NCBI GenBank assembly: GCA_040954595.2
Contig: CM082593.2
Coordinates: forward strand, 1,436,901 to 1,500,900
Direction: 5' to 3'
Length of the DNA stretch: 64,000 bases
DNA from: Balanoglossus misakiensis
Lineage: Eukaryota; Animalia; Hemichordata
The position numbers and the translations under genes are program-made. Every line of letters starts with the position of its first letter. Position 1 is the first letter of the stretch. Positions 53,646-64,000 of this stretch are shown here, piece by piece. The notes under the pieces are model-generated. The model had not been told where the DNA came from, made no database searches, and saw only the letters and a list, made by a program, of their open reading frames with translations.

Positions 53646-55389
53646 TACATGAAAAAGATCTCGTTTCAATGCCGCAAAATTTTCTGTGTATATATCTGTA
53701 TCAGCATCATCTCCAGCTCAACACGTCAAGGTAATGTTTTATGGTGAATATTCTCATGCCATTCATGGTAGCTTCTTTGGTGAGGATCGACTGTTGGCAG
53801 TGTACTCGGTGCCGAACTTTGTCTCGTCTTCAATCATGATTCACACGAATGACAACATTGACATTGACAACAACAACACACTCCGGCCCCGGGCATACCA
53901 GCTGCGATTTCTCGCCAGTAAATAGCGTTTTCCTGTACTGTTGACAAAATAGGCTCTGTAGTAGACTTTACAAAACTCGCCTTTACTTCCATGGTCATAC
54001 CGATTTTCTCAGTCTCGTTGAAATTAACACTCGACACTTTACTTTACATATTTCTGTCTCGTTGTCAATAGCTGTGGGAGAAATCTCTGGTGGTGACAGC
54101 AACCCACAGACTCCTGTTGCTGCGGATGATGTTGAAGATAGTCAGTACCCACAGTCGGTGGTGTTGGAACCAACCGAGGAAGGTGTTGCAGAATTTGAAT
54201 CAGAAGACTTTCAAGCTGAATTAGATGAATTAGCTGATGAACTTCAGAATGATGTGATAGATGATGAAGATGTTTGTGAGAAAGAGGAGGAAATCTTTGA
54301 TAAGCCATGTGAAAGAAACACCACTGCAGATGCAGAAACTAGCAAACAAGGAAATGACACGAAAACAGATGAACAGAAACCAAAATATGTGTGTACTAAG
54401 ATTGAACTTAAGGAGAATGAGACTGCATCCATGAAGATTATCAACAACACAGACCTCTTCCAGGTGTTGAACAGGACTAACACCACAGAAGGACCGTGTT
54501 CTGTGGTACTTTTCTATGCACCGTGGTGTCGTTTTAGCGCAGCTGTGGCTCCGCATATCAATGCTTTAGGGAGGGCATATCCTACACTGCAGGTGTTGGC
54601 TGTTGATGCTATCCAGTTCAGTGGGTAAGTTTTCAAATACATGTAGTTGGTGTATCAGGGACTATGGCATTCACTGCAAAATATTGTATCAAACAAAGGG
54701 AACAAAACCTGACGTCTTTGAAAATCATGTAAGATTACAACACTAATATGACCATCATCTGAAAATCGTATTTGATCATTACATTGTATTGTGTTTATTT
54801 CTGTTTCAGTTTAAATGCTCGGTTTGGAACAGTAGCTGTACCCAATATCTTACTTTTCCACAATGGCAAGCCGGTGGCCAGATTCAATCAGTCAGAGAGA
54901 ACATTTGATACTCTCAAGTCTTTTATAAAAAATCACACAGGTGAGTTGGAAAGGGTGTTGATATAGCTTAACAATTGTGGGGGTTGAGACATGCCCTAAA
55001 GCAAGCCACTTGCTTCTCATAGCTTCTCCCTGACGTAGGAGTGGTGGGTACCTCATCCGGTAATTGGGATCTCACCCGTTGGATGACGGATAGAATAAAA
55101 TTGAAATTACCCTTGTGTATTCTGTGACATCCACATTTATTGTAAGCGTGTTAAAAACAAATCCAATCATCTCTTTTCAGGAGTGGAAGCAGACCCAACA
55201 GTTGAAGTCACAGAAGTAGACTACCTGGGTCCACTTCCCAGCGTAGCAACGATGGAACCGGATTATTTCCTCTGGTTTTCCACTTCCTTCATCATCATCT
55301 TCTCTTGTTTCATTTTCAAGCAAAAATTTGGCGACAGAATCATGGAACGATTTCGTACTTGGGCAGAGATCCATGAACATATGGATTGA
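53637..55389 (+). CDS. TXNDC15: Thioredoxin domain-containing protein 15 (TMX5), 328 aa
   Basis: Exons 53637-53730, 54072-54624, 54810-54940 and 55181-55389 join in phase with GT-AG sites. N-terminal hydrophobic segment, acidic linker, thioredoxin fold with [11 protein letters not shown] (CxxS), [20 protein letters not shown], and a C-terminal TM helix followed by EIHEHMD. Confidence 0.93.
54985..55110 (+). mobile_element. Degenerate SINE core fragment in TXNDC15 intron 3
   Basis: ATGCCCTAAAGCAAGCCACTTGCTTCTCATAGCTTCTCCCTGACGTAGGAGTGGTGGGTACC resembles the recalled CORE-type SINE central domain (TGTCCTTGGGCAAG.CACTT...CTC...CCAGG.GT...ATGGGTACC). It is followed by a TCATCC...GGATGA hairpin. 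Confidence 0.5.
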
Positions 55390-55819
55390 TACATTGAACA
55401 AAACATTTTTATTGAAACACCCAACGTTTAATTACAGCTATTTTAGTCCTCTACATGTATGCCAGCTTTCATGAAGAGAAATTAAAAGAGTTATTAAATC
55501 AAACATTGTGTCTTGTGTGTTTGTTATTACTAGTGAACCATTGATCTGTTGGGGTGGAAGATTTGCGCGGAAAAAGCTGCTGTTTGTGAAAAACAAATTC
55601 CACTTTAACTTGTTGGTTGGTCGTTGGGGGCGTCATCACACTTGTCAATGTACATGCACCAGTAGAAAATACCTGGGCTTCCAAGCGTATATTCTGTCAC
55701 ACGTACAGCTGTCACTCTAAATGATAAATTTACCATATTTCCCCTATAATATTGAATCTGATTGACATAATCGTGAAAATGGGCGTTGCGAACAAAAGAA
55801 CATCGCACTTCTCTCAACT

Positions 55820-55900
55820 TTAACCCGGAAATGTACCCACAAGTCTTTGCGGATTTTGTCGACGTGGCTGTATATGCGCATGCGTTCATCCGGGCATCCG
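55820..55900 (+). promoter_or_regulatory. SEC24C housekeeping-type promoter
   Basis: ETS-like CCGGAAAT (about 55824) and NRF1-like TGCGCATGCG (about 55875) lie 350-430 bp upstream of the ATG and just downstream of the TXNDC15 3' end. Confidence 0.55.
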
Positions 55901-56250
55901 TTTGAAACAGGTAGAATACGACGTGGCATAAGAGGTAGGGTAAATTACGTCGATTTCGAGCTATATTTAACAGTGATCAAGCGTTCTGTGTTGTCGGAGC
56001 AGACGTGGATGATAACTGACCACGTTGTCACTTTTGACGAGACGGAAGACACAGAGTCGGCGGCAAACTTGGACAATTCAAGACGCGTGTGTGTCATCTG
56101 GGATGATCTGTACGTTTCAAAACACATGACACTTGTGTGAAGTTGTATGGTCATTTAACCGGTTTTCCAAAACACAGCTGTAACACTCCGTAGATAAATT
56201 AGGAAATCCAGTTTGTAGTTATAGCAGCGTATTTTTACAAAGATCCTACA

Positions 56251-59200
56251 ATGAATCCGCAAGCCGGACAGTCAATGACCTACGCACCGCCGGGGACAGG
56301 GGGATACGGAAATCAAAACTATGGACCACCTCCTCCAGCTGGTCAAAACATGGGGTATGGACAGCCAACGCCTGTTAGCCAGTATGGAGGCCAACCTCCA
56401 ATGCCAAAGGGTCCTGGAGGTCCCCCGCAGATGGGAAGACCACCGGTGAGCATGTATAACGCAGGACCACCGCCACCATCATCATCGCCACAAACATATG
56501 GACAGACAAGTCAGAATGGCCCAGCATCATACAGCGGACCCCAAGGAGATGCCGGGCAGCAACAGTACTATGGACAGCCAAGGTGAGTGAGATCGCTGGG
56601 AGGGGGCGGGGTTGTTTATTGTGTATTGGTGATTTTGATGTAGTATCTGCATGTGAAGGTGTAGCTGTTTATTTTGTTTGTGTCAGAGCTATAAGATCAA
56701 AGTGCACACATTCAAAATGGCAGATGGGGAAGTGGTTGATGAATGACACAGCAAACTTGTGATGTAATAGCATGAATGTGATGACAATAAATCTTATAGC
56801 ATCAGATGTTCAGACTTTTGTGAACAGTTAATCCTATCAGTCAGAGGTCAAAGAAGGTGGTTTCTCTAAAACCTATTCAAAACACTAATTCACATATAGT
56901 ACAGCTTATACCTTACATTGTATTTGTGCAGAACTTTTATAACTTCAAGGCAATGCCGCTGTTTGTTTTGTCTTGTAGGACTCAACCAATGGGAGGTCAA
57001 CCACCTCTGCAAAGTGGCTATGGTGCCTCACCACCACCACCAGCGACTTCCATGGCACAACCAGTACGGCAACCAATGGCAGGACAGCTACCACAACCAC
57101 CAGTGAGTAGTCAAAGTCAGTTGACCAATCAGATGACTGGAATGAGAATTTCGGGACCACCACAACAACCAGGTGTGCAGCTTCGACCAATGGTGAGTAC
57201 TCTGAACGTTTTTAAAGTCTATTCATTGTCACAGTGTATCATTCAATGTTGGAAATTAAATCACAACACAGATAGTATTTCATTTTGTACTTAGAAATTT
57301 CCCTTTCTGTGTCTTAGGGTCCCCCTCCAACAAGCATGGCTGGGCAGCGACCACCACAACCAGGCATGGTTGGACAACCAATGTATGGACAACCAGCAAC
57401 CAGTCAGGCATATGGTTCTCCAGCACCACCAACAAGCATGGGAGGTTTGCCACCCCCGACTGGTGTCCCTCCCTCCAGTATGGCTGGCCGGACGCCCTCC
57501 GGAATGACTGGCCCACCGCCACCAAGCATGGCTGGTCCTCTACCTCCATCCAGTATGGCCAACCAACCACCGGCTAGCATGGCTGGCACGCCAAACCAAC
57601 CAGGAGGGTATGCACCCCCACCACAAGGACAACACCCAGGGTATACCATGCCACCCATGAGTGGCCCTCCTTCATCCATGACAGGCCCCCCTATTCCAGG
57701 GGGTGCACCTCCTAGCGGTTATCCCGGTGCCACTGCCTACCAGCAGCAACCACAAGGTGGAATGCCACCCCCTGATTCGCCTGCAGCTAGAGGCCCTCAA
57801 CCTATGGGTGGTGGAGGTATGCCAGCAGGGAGTGCCATGGCCATGGGTGCAGCAGGCATGGCATCTGCTCACCCAGGACTGATGGGACAGCCACAACCGC
57901 AACCTCAACCCCAGGCACAGAGGAGACTTGACCCAGATCAAATGCCAAGCCCTGTAAGTGATCGTAATCGCATTGATTTGAAATGCAATATATTATAAGT
58001 AGATGTTGAGTAACTTATGAAGCTGATTTGATTGATCCATGATGTGGTTGATTAATGTCTTTTTTCCCTTCCTGACATCAGATCCAAGTTATAGAAGATG
58101 ATAGGCGTAACCGTGGCAATCGGCAATTTACAACAAATGAGAGGGGACAAGTGCCACCTCTGATTACCACAGAATGTAAAGTGGTAGACCAAGGTAGGTA
58201 CAGAGAGAGGGATAGAGAAGCTACAAAGTATAATCTTGAAACAAAGTATCTCAGTAAAAAGGTTGGCTCTTGTACATACTTATGTTTATTTCCTCTTGTG
58301 TCTAGGTAATGCCAGTCCACGGTTTATGCGTGCCACTGTGTATAACATTCCTTGTACTCAAGATATGGTGAAACAATCACAGATCCCTATTGGTCTGGTC
58401 ATTACTCCTTTTGCAAAACTCAAATCAGATGAGGTGAGTCTAGCATGTCTGTTTAATTGTCTGTTATTATGTGAAACCTGATTTCTAGAAATACAACTGT
58501 GGCATTATAAGAAAACAAATAGAAATGTCCGGACACAATAAACATTGTTCTGCATTATTTTAATTTGCAGCTACCACCTCCCCTGGTAGACCTTGGTGCC
58601 AATGGTCCAATACGCTGTAATAGATGCAAAGCTTACATGTGTCCATTCATGCAGTTCATTGATGGTGGAAGAAGGTTTCAGTGTAGTTTCTGTAATTGCA
58701 TAACAGAAGGTAAGTCCAACATCACAGTTTGCTAAAGGACCACCTGTCATTTTATCTCTGTAAAGTTATACTTATCTCTTTGGAACAGAGTTATTCAGAT
58801 GTCTTATATTTCTTTTATCTTTTTATAACAGTACCACCAGAATATTTCCAGCACTTAGATCACATGGGTAGACGAATAGATTACTATGACAGACCAGAAT
58901 TATCATTAGGATCATATGAAATTGTAGCCACCACAGATTATTGTAAGGTAAGTGTGTTATGGAATTCTGTTGGGTAGTAAATGGATCTCAACATGCATTA
59001 TAAAACTTATTTACTGTGAACTTGTTTCAACGGTTCAACTGAAAATTGGGAACAAATGTTTGTTGACTAAACTGGTCTTTTGTTCATTCATTTCAGAATA
59101 ATAAATTACCAAATCCACCAGTGTTTATTTTTATGATTGATGTAACTTACAACAGTGTGAAGAATGGAATGGTGCCTTTGCTTTGCAAACAACTTCGTGG

Positions 59201-62200
59201 TCTTCTAGACAGACTTCCAAAGTAAGTATCTTTCAAGTCATTTGGGGGAAGTTTTTTGACATGTACTCATTGCAAGCCATACTTTATGCTGGGATCAAAT
59301 TAAATTCTGGATGTAATTTTCTTGCAGAGAAAGCGGGCAGGAGGAATCATCGATTCGTGTCGGTTTTGTAACCTACGACAAAAGTTTACATTTCTACAAC
59401 GTGAATGGTGCATTAGCACAGCCACAGATGTTGGTTGTATCAGATATCAATGATGTATTCATGCCACTTCTAGACGGATTCCTAGTCAAATTATCAGAAG
59501 CCAGACCAGTGATAGACAGGTAATGTTTCTCTCAAGGTTATTTCCTGCAACAGTCGATGTTTTCTAAACCACATCATCCCTCTTTCATGACGGTCATAAT
59601 CTTTCTTCTTATTCTCTTACAGTTTATTGGAACAGATCCCCGAAATGTTTGCAGAAACGAGGGAAACTGAGACAATGTTAGGTCCTGTTGTACAAGCAGG
59701 ACTTGAGGCTATGAAGGTAAAACTTGAACTTGCATAGTCCCTGAGATTGGCTGTTAAAGCTAAAAGTTTGAATATGGAGTATCTGAACATCTCTTGTCTT
59801 ATTTTTCCAGGCAGCAGACGCTTCTGGAAAACTGTTTGTTTTCCATTCATCCTTGCCAATTGCAGAAGCCCCCGGAAAACTGAAAAATAGGGATGACAGG
59901 AAGTTGCTGGGATCTGACAAAGAAAAGGTATTGTTGAAGTGAAAAGTTTTGAGTGTTAACTTCTGCATTTTATACATGTTAGTGTGTACCTTGTAAACCA
60001 TGTATTTTAACATTTCATCAAGTGAGCATTTGTTTACTCAATGACGAATATTTCTCTGTTTTCAGACTGTTCTGCAACCACAGGGAAGTTTCTACGGCAA
60101 GCTAGCACAGAATTGTGTCGCAGCAGGATGTAGTGTTGATTTATTTTTATTTCCAAATTCGTACGTGGATGTCGCCACAATTGGTCAAGTGTGTACAGTC
60201 ACTGGAGGGCAGTGTTTCAAGTACAATTATTTCCAGGTGGGTGAAGTAGTAGTCACTCTACTCATTTTAGAGTTATTTGCATTGATGTCACAGTTATGAA
60301 AAGAACTTGCAGTATAATTACAGGTTTGAAAAATTTAATAACCCTTCCAAGTCTTTCTGTTCTATAATGTGTTCTTAATAGACAGGTTTTTCTGTAGTTG
60401 GTGCATCCAATGTTGAAAGCTTCTGTTATAATCAGCTTTTTCCACATCCTTGACTTCCAGGCATCAACTGACGGGGAGAGGTTCATTTACGACTTGACGC
60501 GCAACATTGAGAGACCCATAGCCTTTGACGCCATCATGAGAGTACGTACAAGTACAGGAATCAGACCAACCAGTTTCTATGGTAGTATGTACATGAGCAA
60601 TACTACTGATGTAGAGCTGGGCTCCATCGACTGTGACAAAGCTGTTACCGTGGAAATTAAACATGACGACAAGTTGCAGGAGGAAACGGGGGCTTATGTG
60701 CAAGTGAGTAATATTGTCTTGCAGGTCTGGTCTGTAATAGTGTTCTCCAGAACTTACAGATTGTATTCTCGACAGTTTGAAGTAGTGAATAATGTCTGCA
60801 AGAGAAATTGTCTATCATGCCGAATGTTGCTTCACACACGTACTCAGAATAGAATGCTATGTGTTCCCTGTATCAAACCCCCTCTTGCCAAGGAAGTTAT
60901 TTTATAGACATTTAAATACCAAAGGAAATAGGATGTGTTTTTCAATATATCCTAATTGCATTCATTTTTGTCATTGTCAGGTTGCATTACTGTACACAAG
61001 TATCACCGGCCAGCGTCGTCTGAGGATTCACAATTTGTCCCTCAACTGTTGCAGTCAGATGGCAGAGATGTTCCGAAACTGCGAAATGGATGCAGTACTT
61101 AATCTCCTGTCAAAACATGGTGAGATTTCAGCACATCATAATTAGATTAAAAAACTTTCTGTATGACAGCAGCACAGGGCAGTAATTTACAGTACTTACA
61201 AGAATTCTGGACTTCTGGGGGGTCTTACCTCTTATCCAAGGTGTTAACCATCCAAGTCTGTAAATTTGTTCTTACCTTGTACATGATGTTCACCACACAG
61301 CTATCACTGAAGTAATCCACTCTACACCCAAGACTATCCGAGAAAATCTCATCAACCAATGTGCTTCTATACTGACATGTTATAGGAAAAACTGTGCCAG
61401 TCCATCCTCACCAGGACAGGTAGGAATTAGTTTGTTACTTTCCCAGGCAGACTGTGCTGTTGGATTGTGGGGCACAGAAGCTGTTTGATTTTTTGATCAG
61501 ACTTTTACACATGATAATTTCTGTATTTTTGCAGTAGTAGGAATAACCAAAGGTTTTCCTGTCTTTTACCCCTCAGTTAATTTTACCCGAATGTATGAAG
61601 TTACTACCGCTGTACTCAAATAGTCTGATCAAAAGTGATGCCCTGTCAGGGGGCTCGGACATCACCACAGATGACAGGAGTTGGTTGATGCAGACCGTCT
61701 TATCCATGGATGTTATGTCTACGCATGTCTATTTCTATCCAAGGTTACTCCCCCTGGTAAGTAGTTGGTCTTCCCCCTCCCCCCAACTGGTTACAAATGG
61801 TATGCTCCACAATACTCCCTCATGTTATCTCTGCCACTCAACTTTGACCTTTGAAGTTCAACTTTGACCTTTGACTTACTGGCGTTCATATATGATCCTC
61901 ACACAGCATGACGTTGACCCACAAGGCACGGAACTGCCAGCGGCTATCCGATGCTCTGCTGATCGACTTCGCGAAGACGGTGTCTACCTTCTAGAGAATG
62001 GTGTCTCTATGTACATGTGGGTTGGTTTGCATGTCAGTGCTGACTGGGTCCAGAATGTCTTCAATGCCCAGTCTCCAGCACAGATCGACATCGATGCCGG
62101 AAAACTGCTTGCCCTGGATAATCCGGTGTCTGTGAGAGTCCGTGGGATTGTTCAACAAGTACGGAATGAAAGGCAGAGGTATATGAAGGTGAGTCTGGAT

Positions 62201-62616
62201 TTTGGTCATTCTCATGAGGTTTAGGCAGATGTCTGTCAGAGCAAGTCTCAAGTAGGGACTTGCAGATCAGGTTCTGTGTATGCAAGTTGTTTCTCCAACA
62301 TTCCTGAACCAATTCCTGTTTGATGCCTTGTGTATTTGTTTCTGTTATAAGTGGCATATTTTGGGGAGGGGACATTTTCAATAAATCAAATTTGTTTAAA
62401 CATAATTCACTGATTACTCTGGACATATGTTCGTATCAGCGTAATAAAGCATCATTATCAATTTTGTGTTTACAGCTGACGGTGGTTAGACAACGTGATA
62501 CTCTAGAGCCGTGGTTCAAACATTTCCTGTGTGAAGACAAAGGTTTCAGTGGTGGTGCTTCCTACGTTGACTTCCTCTGTCACATGCACAAAGAAATCCG
62601 GAACATGATGAGCTAA
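56251..62616 (+). CDS. SEC24C: COPII coat cargo adaptor Sec24C/D-type, 1159 aa
   Basis: 18 in-phase exons: 56251-56582, 56979-57192, 57318-57953, 58082-58193, 58306-58433, 58571-58709, 58832-58947, 59097-59221, 59328-59519, 59623-59716, 59811-59927, 60066-60236, 60461-60703, 60981-61119, 61301-61419, 61577-61756, 61907-62188, 62476-62616. Pro/Gly/Gln/Met-rich N-terminus, [18 protein letters not shown], zinc finger RCNRCKAYM...CSFC, trunk FIFMIDV, GQLILPE (LIL motif of Sec24C/D), gelsolin-like domain and C-terminal [14 protein letters not shown]. Confidence 0.96.
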
Positions 62617-63802
62617 AACGCAGACTGCATCCCCGGTGAAGTCAATATCCATACTCCTTCTTCCCTCCCCTTCCCCCCTCCCTCCCATCCCAGACAAAGT
62701 GGGGGTGTTGTTTTCTTTGTTTGAGGAAAGGCTGATGTTTTGATCTGGTTGAAAACTTTCCTGTTGAAATAGACTAAAATATGCCATTTATAACGTGAAC
62801 GAATAATGAGAATAGCTAAAACTTGCCTGTTTTGACTTGTGTCAATAACAGCCCTGAAAACAGTTATATCTGTATTGGTTGTACAGTTATTGAGCGATTC
62901 TGAGATGAAGTTAACTAGAATTGGTGCAAGATACCTCCTCCCAACTCGGCCCCCCTCCCCCCCCAAAAAAGAAATCTTACAAGTGGAATACAGAATTGTA
63001 TTCAAAAATATGTACATTCAGATTAAGAATACTAAGAACTGTAGCTTAATTTTTAATACTACAGTTCTTTCAATCTATATTTTTTTCTCTTTTTTGCGAT
63101 TATTTGAAATCAATGATACACATTACTATGTTTAAATAATACTCAATGCATTTTAATTGAACAAGCACACATGGACACAATCAAGCAAAAGTTATCGACA
63201 ACTTTTGAAAGGGATAGAGAATTTTCAATTTCTATTGTATTTTTGCTGCCTTAATTTTAAAACTATATTAGAAAGAATACTGTTCACAAATTGTAAGCGG
63301 GCAAAGCGTCAAATGCCGGAAACCTTGGTAATCTGAAAATGGTTGGAAGCTTAAAATAGCAGACCCACGTACCAAACAAAATTAATCTGATTATCAAGGT
63401 TTGTACACAAGATCATAAACTTCGTGTTTGCCATAATGGCCCACTCATAAAATCTGACAGCAGACGGTTTCCTTCTGTCTGACAACTCTGGAATAAGCTG
63501 ATAACGTCAACGGTATGAGAGAAGAAGAAAATCTTTGTAACTGATGATTTCGGCGTTATTTTTTTATCCTTACTATGTTATGTATGTTACACTAAATGAA
63601 TTCTGACTCTGCAGATAGTTCTTGATAAATAAAGAAATGACAAAAACAGTAATCGGTTTTGTATGTTACGTCGCACGGAGAAACTTGCGATAGATATTAG
63701 GGATGCTAGACATTACTGATGTGGGTTCATTAAAACTTTTCCATTTCACAAACAAAGCCAATAGACTGATAACAACTTGTTTCAATCCATGTCCCATTTG
63801 TA

Positions 63803-63909
63803 GTATCCATGGCAACGCAGTCATTCGCGTCTGCAAAACCCGCGCCTAGCAACCAATTCTCGTAACTTGTTGCGTCACCACTATCCCAGATGAAAGCGCC
63901 CTCAGTGTC
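63803..63909. promoter_or_regulatory. RFX X-box / CCAAT / CRE-like module, probable promoter of a neighbouring gene
   Basis: GTATCCATGGCAAC (X-box consensus) at 63803-63816, CCTAGCAAC-CAAT near 63845, TTGCGTCA near 63870 and a CTCF-like site at 63895-63909. Confidence 0.5.
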
Positions 63910-64000
63910 GATATCGTTATAACCTGGAAAATTGATAAACGTCTATTAGTTATAGGGAGACGATCGTCTTATGCGCAGACAGGATTATACAACTGAAGTT

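Noticed and set aside
54039-62787. Numerous minus-strand ORFs across TXNDC15 and SEC24C
   Set aside because: Antisense shadows of real coding exons.

Overview
AT-rich, intron-containing animal genomic DNA; the gene content and repeats suggest a marine invertebrate, possibly a deuterostome, but the species cannot be determined from the sequence. Three genes are well supported, with exon phases checked by hand: an alpha9/alpha10-like nicotinic acetylcholine receptor alpha subunit (minus strand, five exons traced at 20013-26768, signal-peptide exon unresolved), TXNDC15 (plus, 4 exons, 53637-55389) and SEC24C (plus, 18 coding exons, 56251-62616). The most interesting feature is an apparently complete two-exon prohormone gene (minus, CDS 6198-6593, predicted TATA box and non-coding exon 1 near 9.0 kb). 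It should release a cyclic amidated peptide, (R)RPPWRPCTTGHFC-NH2, whose TGHF-x-amide end resembles neuromedin B and whose G-H-x-C ring resembles CCHamide, although its position in the precursor fits neither family. The 27-53 kb gene-poor region holds weaker candidates: a small secreted-peptide ORF divergent from TXNDC15, a frameshifted Cys-rich precursor-like spliced unit, and orphan promoter-motif clusters. MITEs, fold-back hairpins, a SINE remnant and microsatellites are also present. All family assignments come from recalled motifs; no database searches were run.
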